Of a stretch of 64,000 bases of DNA, positions 1 to 25,494 are shown in pieces. The stretch lies in NCBI RefSeq assembly GCF_009914755.1, contig NC_060934.1. The stretch is one strand, 5' to 3'. Each line of letters starts with the position of its first letter. The stretch's first letter is position 1. Below the pieces are notes generated by a model. The model worked only from the letters and a program-made list of their open reading frames with translations. It did no database searches and was not told where the DNA came from. This stretch comes from the human T2T-CHM13v2.0 reference genome, Homo sapiens. The translations under genes were made by a program, and so were the position numbers.

Positions 1-155
1 ACCTATGAGTACCCAGAGAAGTCCAGCAACATCACGAAATCTTAACCAATATTAATAGAAGTATTTCTGTGGGTCACAAGCAACAGAAATTTCCTAGGAA
101 CTTTACTAAATTGAAAGAAATGTATTTACATCTCCTTCTTACTTCCTATACTCAC

Positions 156-365
156 CAGCGATTTTGAGGTGTGCATTGAAGTGTTTATGTGTCAGCAGAG
201 GCTCCGGCAACTCTCCTAGAAACATCTTCAGCAAAGTGGCAACATCATTTGAGTGAAATTCCCCTGATTCCAAGTCAATGTCAGTTCCATTATTGAGAGC
301 ATCCCTTAAAATCTGCTGTCGGACACTATTACCCGGTACTCTAAACAAACCCTCTACTCGCAAGT
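156..365 (-). CDS. ARHGAP19: ARHGAP19 coding exon 4 (210 nt; RhoGAP core NLRVEGLFRVPG...DVATLLKMFLGELPEPLL)
   Basis: Acceptor aaacag|, donor G|gtgagt. Contains the arginine-finger motif EGLFRVPG and the LLK.FL.ELPEPLL RhoGAP signature. The gene continues past the window start. Confidence 0.96.
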
Positions 366-905
366 CTGTTTAGCATAAAACAAAGCAGAGGACAGGCAAA
401 AAGGAAGCAGAAAGATTATTATTAAAATAAATGGTCTAAAGACTACTTTACACTTAAAAGACCCTTCACAAAGCCTTTCAAGTAAGTTTTTGCCTTTTTT
501 CACCAGGGTAGTTTAGAACCTATTTACCTCCTGAGGAGACATATCTGAATGTCCCTGAGCATTTGGAGATCTTCCAAACTAAAAGGTAGTCCTCCTGGGA
601 GTCATTCAACCTCCTGAGGTATGGATAGACAATCTGAATTTAACCCAATCAATGGTCAGGAATAGCTTGAAAAATAAACTTTAAAAAAGCCAAATCTCCC
701 TAAAGACCTCTTCTTGTTTATCCCAGACTTCGTTTGGAGGGGCTACATACATCTGTGGATGTTTGTGGCTCTTGTAAACTGTTTTCCCAGCCCAGAATGA
801 ATCCAGAGTCTCTGCATTGCTCCAGGAATTAGAACTCTAATGTGTCAAATTCCTAAGAGATTCCCAGAAGCTTTAGGGTCATCCCAACTAAACTATTCGT
901 CCCTA

Positions 906-1220
<315 letters not shown>

Positions 1221-1560
1221 TCATAGAATTCTGGAGAAAAAAGGTACCATGCTCTCTTAAATAAATGCAACAATTCTTTAGGGACAATGTATTTTTCCAG
1301 AAGTGTCTCTCTGAGGCAAGAGGTAAATGTGACTTCATAGACACGGTCTAATTTATATACACTTTGAGAGTATAAAACAAATGAATATATGAGATGAAGT
1401 TTAAAAGGAAATATATTTAAAAACATGCCACCCAAAATTAACACTGGTTAGTTCCTTTGTTGATGGTTAATTGGCACCTACTAACTCAAGGCAGTTAGCT
1501 CTCAACAGAAAACAGAATTCTTCATTAAACAAAGAATGATAAAATTTCAGGTAGTCTTAC

Positions 1561-1641
1561 TTTTGTGTAGATACTCAATCAGTTGGTATATCTGGGCAAT
1601 GCCTTCCTCCGTCAGTGGGGACCCAAATATCACTCCTTTTT
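1561..1641 (-). CDS. ARHGAP19: ARHGAP19 coding exon 3 (81 nt; EKGVIFGSPLTEEGIAQIYQLIEYLHK)
   Basis: Acceptor gtttttcag|, donor A|gtaaga. In frame with exons 2 and 4; FG..L motif at the start of the RhoGAP domain. Confidence 0.95.
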
Positions 1642-1935
1642 CTGAAAAACCATATGATATGACAGGGCTATATTTCACACAAATAGTACAAAATCATCAT
1701 ACCTAAAACCACTCAAGCATCCTATTTTACAATTCAGCAAGCATTTTCACATGGTCAGTAAACAAAAACCTTAGAACTGGAAGTGCACCAGAAAACGCGA
1801 GCAGGACAACTCTCAATCAGCTCTCTCTAAGTTCAATATTAGACTGTAGGTTCCCTGAAGGGAAAGACCATCTTCTTATTCAAGTAAGAAGCATATATCT
1901 AGTAAGTAAGGAGATATCTAGCGTGTTAGTATTTA

Positions 1936-2250
<315 letters not shown>

Positions 2251-2594
2251 CAAGCATTCTGTTCTATAGTCTCTAGCTATGTAACTTTGGTTTTTAAATA
2301 TTATTTTCACATATTAATAGGGCATGAAAATCAAGATGCCCCGATGACTACCTAAGTTAATCATGTCTTCTCTCAGGGACTGAAAATATTTGCTTTAGTT
2401 TAATTATTTATTTATCTAGACAGTTTTTATAATTTGTATTACTATTACTTAAGGTGTTACTACTTATAAAAACTGAAAAAATGGCCAAAAAATGCTTTAA
2501 GTTAATAGCAACTCTTCGGTGAATGTGTAGATGTTGAGAGAGAAGCCCAGGGAGCAGCTGAGGCCTGCCCACCCTTCACAAACACATCTCCTAC

Positions 2595-2860
2595 CCTTTC
2601 GCTTGAGAGACATGAGAGACCGGAAGAATCCTGATGCTGGGCCAGCCCCGCCAGGCAACTTAAGGTCCACTTCCCCCATCAGCTGAGCCAACTCAGTTCC
2701 AGGTAAATCGATGAGCCTTGTGATATTGCTGACCACCAACTCAGTGAAAATCTCAGGTTTCTCATGTCGGAGTTTCTCCACAAAAAAGTCAGGATTAAAG
2801 ATAATGGGCTGACCTCGAAGGGAAGAATCATTGCAGATCACAAAACTGCAGATGGCATCA
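2595..2860 (-). CDS. ARHGAP19: ARHGAP19 coding exon 2 (266 nt; DAICSFVICNDSS...SLKRK)
   Basis: Acceptor tttttcag| at 2861, donor AAG G|gtagga at 2594. Translation matches ORF 2497..2871 and the recalled ARHGAP19 N-terminus. Confidence 0.95.
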
Positions 2861-3318
2861 CTGAAAAACACAGAAGAAAATCTTTCGGGACATCATTTTT
2901 GTATGTTTCTTATGCACTACTCATTGGGTTATTTGGTCCTGACTCCACGCAAAGGCAGAGGTTTCCTTATAGTCAGCTTCCTTTAACTGAGCCAGATGCC
3001 CTTGAACACTGTTCCTTATAACCACAAAGCCTCACAGAAGGGAAGGCATTTACAGGTACATAAAACAGTAATTAATTCAGCTTTTCCCATGTCCACAAAT
3101 AGGTTTTACTTTAAAATCCTTCAATTCTGGATGCCTCTGACCCATTCGTCATCATCTAAGTCCAACCTCTGCTCAGACAGGTTCTTCTCTCTAGGGCTCC
3201 TGATCTTAGCTGGTTCTCCACTCTTACATTACATTGGGCTATACTCCTGGCAAAGCTCCTTTGAATCTCAGAAATATTTTCTTCCCTGTTCTTTGTTTCC
3301 CAATGCCTACTATACCCC

Positions 3319-5562
3319 TGTATTAGTCCATTTTCATACTGCTGTGAAGAAATACCCAAGACTGGGTAATTTATAAAGAAAAAGAGCTTTAATGGACTCA
3401 CAGTTCCACATGACTGGGGAGGCCTCACAATCATGGCAGAAGGCGAAAGAGGAACAAAGGCACATCTTACATGGCAGCAGGCAAGAGAGTGTGTGAAGGG
3501 TAACTGCCCTTTATAAAACCATCAGATCTCATGAGACTTATTCACGCAGGGAAAAAAACCACCTCATGATTCAATTACCTTCCACCGAGTTCCTCTCATG
3601 ACATGTGGGGATTATGGGAGCTACAATTCAAAATGAGATTTGGGTGGGGACACAGCCAAACCATATCATTCTGCCCCGGCCCCTCCCAAATCTCATGTCC
3701 TCACATTTCAAAACCAATTATGCCTCCCCAACAGTCCCCCAAAGTCTTAACTTATTTCAGCATTAACTCAAAAGTCCACAGTCCAAAGTCTCATCAGGGA
3801 CAAGGCAAGTCCCTTCTGCCTATAAGCCTGCAAAATCAAAAGCAAGTTAGTTACTTCCTAGGTACAATGTGGGTACAGGCATTGGGTAAATACACCCATT
3901 CCAAATGGGAGAAATTGGCCAAAACAAAGGGCTACAGACCCCATGCAAGTCTGAAATCCAACAAGGCAGTAATTAAATCTTACAGCTCTGAAATAATCTC
4001 CTTTGACTCCACGTCTCACATCCAGGTCACGATGATGCAAGAGGTGGGTTCTCATGGTCTTGGGCAGCTCTGCCCCTGTGGCTTTGCTGGGTACATCCCC
4101 ATTCCTGGTTGCTTTCACAGGCTGGCATTGAGTGTTTGCAGCTTTTCCACTGCAGTGCAAGCTGTCAGTGGATCTACAGTTCTGGGATCTGGAAGATGGT
4201 GGCCCTCTTCTCACAATTCCACTAGGCAGTGCCCCAATGGGGACTCTGTATGGGGGCTCCCATCCCACATTTCCCTTCTTCTGAACTGCCCTAGCAGAGG
4301 TTCTCCATGAGAGCTCCAACCCTGCAGCACACCTCTGCCTTGAGGCATTTCCATACATCCTCTGAAATCTAGGCTGAGGTTCCCAAACCTCAATTCTTGA
4401 CTTCTGTGCACCCGCAGGCCCAAAACCACATGTAAGCTGCCAAGGCATGGGGCTTGCACCCTGTGAAGCAATGGCCTGAGCTATACACTGTCCCCTTTTA
4501 GCCATAGCTGGGACCCAGGGCACCAAGTCCAGGGACTGCGCAAAGCAGCAAGGGACTGCGCAAAGCAGCAAGGCCCTGGGCCCAGCCCACAACATCATTT
4601 TTCCTTGTACGCCTCCAGGCCTGTGATGGGAGGTGCTGCTACAAAGGTCTCTGGCATGTCCTGGAGACATTTTCCCCATTGTCTTGGAAATTAGCATTTG
4701 GCTCCTCCTTATCTACGCAAATTTCTGCTGTCAGCTTGAATTTCTCTGCAGAAAATGAGTCTTTCTTTTCTACTGCATTGTCAGGCTGCAAATTTTTCAA
4801 ACTTTTATGCTCTGCTTCCTCTTGAACACTTTGCCACTTAGAAATTTCTTCCACCTAAATCATCTCTCTCAAGTTCAAAGTTCCACAGATCTCTAGGGCA
4901 GGGGCAAAATGCCACCAGTCTCTTTGCATAGCAAGGGTGACCTTTATATAAGTTCCCAACAAGTTCCTCATCTCCATCTGAGACCACCTCAGTCTGGACT
5001 TCACTGTCCATATCACTATCAGCATTTTGGTCAAAGCTATTCAACAAGTCTCTAGGAAGTTCCAAACTTTCCCACGTTTCCCTGTCTTCTGAGTCCTCTA
5101 AACTGTTCCAACCTCTGCCTGTTACTCAGTTCAAAAGTCGCTTCCACATTTTCAGGTATCCTTACAGTAGTACCCAACTCTACTGGTACCAATTTACTGT
5201 ATTAGTCTGTTCTCACGCTGTTAATAAAGACATACCAGAGACTCGGTAATTTACAAAGGAAAGAGAGGTTTAATGGACTCACAGTTCCACATGGCTAGGG
5301 AGGCCTCACAATCATGCTGGAAGGCGAAGGGGGAACAAAGGTATGTCTTACGTGGCAGCAGGCAAGAGAGCGTGTGTAGGGGAACTGCCCTTTATAAAAA
5401 CATCAGCTCTTGTGAGACTTATTCACTGTCAAGAGAACAGCACAGGAAAAACCTGCCCCCATGATTCAATTACCTCCCACTGGGCTCCTCCCACAACCGT
5501 GGGGATTATGGGAGCTAGAATTCAAGACGAGATTTGTGTGGGGACATAGCCAAACCATATCA
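3319..5562 (-). mobile_element. Full-length THE1 (MaLR) provirus: 5' LTR 5198-5562, internal 3669-5197, 3' LTR 3319-3668
   Basis: Both LTRs read TGATATGGTTTGGC...ACTAATACA on the minus strand. 5-bp TSD ACCCC at 3314-3318 and 5563-5567. Internal MaLR ORF remnants. Confidence 0.92.
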
Positions 5563-8500
5563 ACCCCTTTTTACTTCTAATATGTTGTTATATTTAAGAA
5601 CTGTATAATTGAAACTCTTAGAGCAGACACATAGTTTGTATCCATTAACAATAAATTCTAATGGCTTGTTCTAATCTTTATTACATAAGCAGTCATCTAT
5701 TATATAACCAACAAATGGTCATAACACATAAGCTAGAAAGGACAAGTTATCATATCTCAGTCGGGCAGAATTGAAATTCACCTGACTCATACAAACATAC
5801 CCACAGTAAAAGCAATCACAACTTAAAAGTGGTCCATTATACCCTAGGTACCAAAGCCCTGTTCCAGGAAAAATGATGGCACTTCTAAATATTAAATATA
5901 ACTAATCTACAAAGGACATTGTCAATACTACATGGATAATTGTTAATAACAGTATAGTGAAAACAAGGCATGGGTAAACTTCAAAATTCGTCTCTATTTC
6001 CTTGAAAACTTATTACATGATTTAATCAATAGCCCACATCTTCAGCTGGTGGCTAGGAGATTCCTTCTTTTCTCTGAAATGACAATGTATTATCAGAAAT
6101 ACCATAAAAATTAAAAACTAGGAATGTATGTCCTCAAGCCAAAAAGTAACTAAAAAAACTAGAATTTAAAATGCTTCTCTCTTCAACCTTTTTACACACT
6201 AGGTTATTTTTCCTGTTCAAATGCCAATGATGATAAATAAAAGCCAATTAGAATTAGAAGCAACTTCATCTTAAATCATTGACAAGAGCCTCTTTTTTTA
6301 ACATCAGCTTATTTCAGTCAAGAAGCACGGGTCAATATAAGACTATTGTTTATAATCACTGCCAATGAGAAATTACTACCCTATCAGGAGGGCCAGAAAA
6401 ATCATAAAATGCGTAGCACCAAAAAGAGTCTTATAATTTATTGAGTCTAAACTAATCATTTTCTGGAATTCACATCCCTTTTAATTCTCAATAACTGATT
6501 CAGATCAAATTAGCATTAACATAAAAATGTGTATTAATAGGAACCATTATATTCCTGAAACAGAAACACATACATACCTAAAACTTACACTTTTATTAAT
6601 ATCCAGAGCAAAACTCAGGATTCTAACACTTTCAACACAGTTGACCCTTCCAGCACTAAACTGGATCAAATACTGTACATAAGTGAGAAAGAAACTAGAA
6701 GCAACATGTATCGTTTTTCAATAGAATCCTTCCTACTTGGACATCATCCCCAAAACTACTCCCTCCTAAACAGCACAAACAGGTAGAAGAATAAACAGGT
6801 TCAAGACTGCTCCTACTACTTATAAGGAATACAAGAAAAAAAAAGATACCTTGGATCTCCTAACACATAAGTAACATGTAAACAATCTCAGTTTCTTTTC
6901 CCCTCTGTTTTTTCTCCCCTTTCTTCCCATGTTCATTCTTTCTTGTTATGTCACACTTTAATTTCCTTAAGCTAGTTCTTTTCTTTTCCCCTACTTTTCT
7001 TTTCTCACTTTTTCTGTGTGGACCACCTGGTAAAACAATATCTAAGAGATGGAAATAGTTAAAAGAGAAATCAAATGGAAGATGAAAGATGGAAAAGAGT
7101 TACAGCGGGTTATTTTTCTTAAAGTTATTCCCATATCACAAAGCCCACTAATCCCTTTCCAAAGAATACACAACACCACAATATAAAGCTAAAAATATCA
7201 AGAAACATATTTAAGAACTTAAGAAATGTATAGGACTAAAGAAAAAACTACTATATTTAAGCAAAAACAACTTTCTACTCTACAATATTGTAAAACAAAC
7301 GAAATATACTAAAGTTCAAGAAAATAAATACATTTCTTACATAAGTGCTGAAAGTTTCTGATGAGGCATTGGTAAATCGAAGAGACAGGAAGAAAGCTTT
7401 CCCCTTGTTTGTTGTGACAAAGAAACTCTCCTTTCCCTGCCCCAGCACAGCCTACGCAAATTCCAGACATGTTAGAGGATACAAGGGCACATTATGGGGC
7501 CTGAAAGGCAGTACTTAGGACTCTGAGCACTGATCTGCAAGAAGGAAAATAGAGATAAAAAACTAGACCAGTTAATTAACTGTATTTGCCAATGCATAGA
7601 TGAAGCTCAAAAGCAGACTCCCATCACCACTTAAGCTATGCTAGATGAAACAGTTACAAATGTAAAAGCATATAACAGGTAGTTTTACAATATGGGGGAG
7701 GGGTGATCCCTACCTCACATCACAGACAAAAAATAAATTCCAAACAAAGTAAAGATCTAAATATGAAAAGCCAAATTTAAAAACATTAAAAAACAATATA
7801 GAATAAATTAATGCAACAGAGAAAGAGTTTCTTAAACAAGACATAAAAAGCACAATCTCCAAAGAATCATAAATTTAACTACATTAAATTTTTCTGTATA
7901 ACAAATGACATTACATACTAAATGTCTTAAAAATGAAGTCACAATGCCTCTAAAGAGAAATGGATAAAAGGGGAAGAAGAGTGGGAGAGAAAGTTTTCAC
8001 TGTATGCTCTTTTGTATTTTCTGGATTTTATATTCATTTGAACGTACTATCCATTCATAATAAATAAATAAATAAATAGATAAATAAATCTAAAACTTTA
8101 AAAGTAATAATAAAATACAAGACAAGCCACAGACTGAAAAAAACATGTTTGCTATGCATATAACCAAGGATCAGTATTCAGAATTTACCAGTAAGCCAAA
8201 AAATTAATAAGGAAAAGACACTTGACTCAATAGAAAATTAGTCAAATGACATGATCAGTAACGCAGAGGAGGGGACCTAATGACTAATAAACATAAAAAG
8301 AATCTCAACTTTACAAGTTATCAGAATAAAGCAAATTTAAAAATAGTATCTTTCCCTACTCATCACTTAGCAAAATCAAATTCAGGTGGTATATTTTTAT
8401 TCTCAGTTTGCTATGTTATTTATTTATTTATTTTAGACAGAGTCTCACTCTTGTCACCCAGGCTGCAGTGTAGTGGCACAATCTTGGCTCACTGCAGCCT

Positions 8501-8838
8501 CTGCCTTCCAGAGGAGATATATATATTTATTTATATATTTACTTATTTAAAATTGTGTATTGGTGTTTAATTTTATCAAATACTTATCAAAAATTTTTTG
8601 TGCCTCTATTGATGATCATATAATTTTTCTCCTTTATGGTAAATAATACAGATTTTCTATTGTTAAACCAACCTTGCATTTCTCAAATAACTCAACTTTG
8701 TTATGATGTATTATCATTTTTACATGTTGCTGAATTTGGTTTGCTAATAGTCTAGATTTCCCATTCATTCATAAGTGAGATTGGTCTTAAATTTTCCTTG
8801 TAATGTCTTCATTAGGTTTTATATCAAGGTTGTTCTAG

Positions 8839-10637
<1,799 letters not shown>

Positions 10638-10689
10638 TAGCTATATGTACAATCACAGCTAAATCTCACAAATGAAAAGCAAAAGAAGC

Positions 10690-10696
10690 CACACAT

Positions 10697-10729
<33 letters not shown>
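10690..10729. repeat. Imperfect (CA)n microsatellite
   Basis: Seen directly. Confidence 0.9.
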
Positions 10730-10917
10730 GACAACTACATACTATATGATGACATTTATATCAAATTTTAAAAATAAACGAAACTAGTATTTAGAGATAC
10801 TTGCTTAAATGGTAAACTGTAAAGAGAAGCAGAAATGTATTTACCATAATATTCAGGATAATGGTTACCTTTTGTGGACAGTGATTAAGAGGCATGAAGG
10901 TATGAAAGAGTTCCTGA

Positions 10918-11248
<331 letters not shown>

Positions 11249-11621
11249 TCACTGAGCTATGGGAAAAGGGGAGCATTTGAAGCAAATATGGCAAAATGTT
11301 AAGATTTGCTAAAGCTGGGTAATGGGAAGAATACTGATTATATTATTTTATAAACTTGTATGTATAATTGACGTTTCATGACAAATTTTTTTTAAAGAAA
11401 CCAAGTAGTTTTGGCTTAAATCTCACTTCAATTTGATATAAATATTATAGAAAATCAAAGTATATACTAAAGACTAATTTCCTCATCATAAAAGTTTTTA
11501 CATAGATGGCCAGAACCAGGAAAATTAGTAGCTAGATATGTAGGCATACAGAAATAACAAGGGCTCTGGGCAACTATCCCAAAGAATGATAGAGGCAAGA
11601 CCCCTCAAAAAAGAACAATTT

Positions 11622-12813
<1,192 letters not shown>

Positions 12814-13676
12814 AAAAAATAATAATTTGTATAACCTACTCACAGTATACAATTACCACTTTTACCACTAGATGGAACCCTACATGTAAGGTGATATGCT
12901 CAGTGAAAGGACTGGAAACAATCCACAGCTGAAAAATCAATTACAGAAAAATGAAATGCAAGTGCTTCTGAGGCATGTTGAAGCCATGAATCTGCAAAAT
13001 TCAAAGCAGTTAAAAAAAAAAAAACTGCATCCTGCAGATGTATCTTTTGGCTGACTATACCAAAACTGCATACCCACAAAACTAAATGTTTCCTCCCTGG
13101 TGAATTGCCTAACTTGATTTGTTTTCCAAGAACCACAACCTTGGCAAGATTTATCAAAATATGAGCTATATTTAAAGTTGTCTAAATCTGATTTACCACC
13201 CTGAGAGAAGAATGCCCTCTCTCTTACTGCTTTTTCAACTCTAAAAGGCTCTGAAACACAGCTTTAAATGTGTCACTTTGTTGGAAAGCTGTTAGATAAG
13301 AAATACAACTATCAAAGAAAAGACTGTATTCTTCCCTCTTTCTATGTATCAAATTTAAGCCAGTATCATGAAAGTTGTACATAAAAAGAGAAGAGAAAAC
13401 TAAACAGGCCCTACATGTCCAAGCTGGTGGTGCTTTTTAATACCAGAGACAGTTCAACATTAATAAGTCGTACCACAATTCAGGGAACGATATCCAATTT
13501 CTTAGATAAAATTTTTGAAATATTTATACCCTAAGGTCTGCCCTTAGGAGTAGCTGTGCAATGTTTTATAGTATGGACTACAAAATTATCTCTAAGTTAG
13601 ACTCCAAAAGTCTGCAAATATATTTAGCCCCTATATTTGATCTCAACCTGAACAAATTTCTTTCTTGCTTGCTTTT

Positions 13677-15617
<1,941 letters not shown>

Positions 15618-16199
15618 GAGTTTCTATACTTGTAGTCAGCCAGAAATATTCAATATTTCACAAATTTAACTATAAATCTTTTCATCAACCAACATAAGAA
15701 GGTGAATTGCTTTTCTGAGACATATGGTACCCAAACAAGAAATCGATCACTTGTGTGTCATTTAAAATCAATCCAATCATGATCTACTAATTGCTTTGTA
15801 ACTTTAAGGTATTGTAAGGTATAGGGGACAAAAACTAAGGTAAGTCTCTGGCCTCCAGGAACTGAAAATTCACTAAGTGCTACGCGATTTCAAATAGTAG
15901 CTAAAGACCACAACGCAAAAGATGATACAAGATCATTAATAGCCAAATGCATGATACAGACAATAAAGGCTCTAAGAATTCAGGAGAGAATCTTTTACCC
16001 ATATACAAGAGATTTGAGCTAGATCTTAAAGACGTGTAGGAGTTAGACAGTGGGAGAAAAAAAGAGCTAATACTTAAGGTGCTTTTTGGTTTCTCAGGGT
16101 TTTTTTAAGAAACATAAAATGTTTTCGCCACACATTAGTGGCCAGCCCTTTTCAAAACATAAATTTAAAGAGAGGTACACAGGGGAGTTACAGAGATAG

Positions 16200-16740
16200 C
16201 ACAGTGGACATCTGCTGCTTTTGAATTCCCAATACGTATTTTCCCCTTCCTCTGGTAACAGCACCCCCATTTTCCTTTAAGCAATAAACCTCTCCCCATC
16301 TTTCGAATCTATGTGACCTGGTGGGCACTGCCTGTGAGCATGTCATCCAAGCTTAACCAACTGAAACATTCTATTCCCTTCATGAATCCAAGCAAAGGCC
16401 CACAAGTCAAACCAGGACAAAAAGTCTCAACTCCAAGACTCTTGTGAATCCTAAAATTGCTAAGCTGGTGGGATGTAAGACTGACACCGTTGGTGGCCTA
16501 TTACTGCCACTTTTTATACAGAATCTGCCTTCTTAGGAAGCAAATACAGAGGAAACCAGATCTAAGACAGTAAAGAGGTAGATATCTAGCAACACTGAGA
16601 TTTGAGATTTTCCATACAGATTAAACCATACTTGATTTATCCCCTGGACTTTTCAGTTTCTTGAGCCAATTAATAGAGTCTCTTTTTGCTTAAGCTAGTT
16701 TTAGTTTCTATCACATATAACTGAAGAATCCTAACAAATA
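16200..16740 (+). mobile_element. Old MLT1-type LTR
   Basis: 3' end CCTGGACTTTTCAGTT...TTGCTTAAGCTAGTT...TTTCTATCAC...ATCCTAAC resembles MLT1 termini. Boundaries approximate. Confidence 0.5.
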
Positions 16741-16996
16741 TGAATGTGTAAGTCTGTTTGTCCCAGTATGAATCTGAGCCCTCCCTTCTGTATCTTCCCC
16801 TTCAGAGCAATGGCTGCCAATCAGTCAGCCATGGCCATGCCATCTCCAGCAAGGTCTGGAACTCTGCCCTAGGGACCCTCTTCCTTGTACATTCTAACTC
16901 AGCTGATTCCTGTATCTATTTCTATATTTCTTAGAGATCTCTTTACTTCTTACTAGCCAATTCCTTGTTACTCGAATCCCCAGTTATAGTTTATAA

Positions 16997-24108
<7,112 letters not shown>

Positions 24109-24294
24109 TAAATTCAAACTACTCTTGCTATGGAATAGTATTTTATTTGTCCTCAGATTTTCACCAAAATTTAGAAATTTTTAAAGAACTGGATGAAGGA
24201 TGATCTAATCAAATGTATCAATCACCTCTACAGTTCCCGGGCAAAAAAAAAAAATGATCAACCATTTATAGGCAGCTTCAAGAGTGGAAAACTC

Positions 24295-25494
24295 GGGCAA
24301 CCCCCTTTGGGTCCCCTCCCTTTGTATGGGAACTCTGTTTTCACTCTATTTCACTCTATTAAATCTTGCAACTGCACTCTTCTGGTCTATGTTTGTTATG
24401 GCTGGAGCTGAGCTTTTGCTCGCCCTCTACCACTGCTGTTTGCCGCTGTCGCAGACCCGCCGCTGACTCCCATCCCGCTGCTGACTCCCATCCCTCCGGA
24501 TCTGGCAGGGTGTCTGCTGTGCTCCTGATCCAGTGAGACTCCCATTGCCACTCCCGATCGTGCTAAAGGCTTGCCATTGTTCCTGCATGGCTAAGTGCCT
24601 GGGTTCGTCCTAATCAAGTTGAACACCAGTCACTGGGTTCCACGGTTCTCTTCCGTGACCCACAGCTTCTAATAGAGCTGTAACACTCACCCCATGGCCC
24701 AAGATTCCATTCCTTGAAATCGGTGAGGCTGAGAACCCCAGGTCAGAGAACACTAGGCTTGCCACCATCCTGGAAGCGGCCCGCCATCATCTTAGAAGCG
24801 GCTGGCCACCATCTTGGGAGCTCTGTGAGCAAGGACCCCCGGTAACATTTTGGTGACCACGAAGGGGCATCCAAAGCGTTTGTCTCTTCCAGAATTGAAA
24901 CTGTAAAACTACAAATCATTCTTCAAATGGAGCCCCAGATGCAGTCTATGACTAAGATCCACCGCGGACCCCTGGAACAGCCTGCTAGCCCATGCTCCGA
25001 TGTTAATGACATCGAAGGCAACCCTCCCGAGGAAATCTCAACTGCACAACCCCTACTACGCCCCAATTCAGCAGGAAGCAGTTAGGGCGGTCATCGGCCA
25101 ATCTCCCCAACAGCACTTGGGTTTTCCTGTTGAGAAGGGGGACTGAGAGACAGGACTAGCTGGATTTCCTAGGCCAACTAAGAATCCCTGAGCCTAGCTG
25201 GGAATGTGACCGCATCCACCTTTAAACACGGGGCTTGCAACTTAGCTCACACCCAACCAATCAGAGAGCTCACTAAAATGCTAATTAGGCAAAAACAGGA
25301 GGTAAAGAAATAGCCAATCATCTCTTGCCTGAGAGCACAGCGGGAGGGACAAGGATCAGGATATAAACCCAGGCATTAGAGCCAGCAACGGCCACCCACT
25401 TTGGGTCCCCTCCCTTTGTGTGGGAGCTGTGTTTTCACTCTATTTCACTCTATGAAATCTTGCAACTGCAAAACAAAAACAAAACAAAACAAAA
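24295..25494 (+). mobile_element. HERV-W (HERV17/LTR17) L1-processed retrocopy of a spliced RNA: R-U5, PBS, env tail, U3-R, poly(A)
   Basis: R-U5 24295-24847; PBS TGGTGACCACGAAGGG at 24851; env C-terminus FVSSRIETVKLQ...RPNSAGSS* 24879-25085; purine tract; U3-R 25144-25470; A-rich tail; perfect 15-bp TSD AAGAGTGGAAAACTC at 24280-24294 and 25495-25509. Confidence 0.93.

Noticed and set aside
3603-4697. 235-aa (+) and 279-aa (-) ORFs as novel protein genes
   Set aside because: They lie within the THE1 element and are patchworks of the decayed MaLR ORF and its antisense frame.
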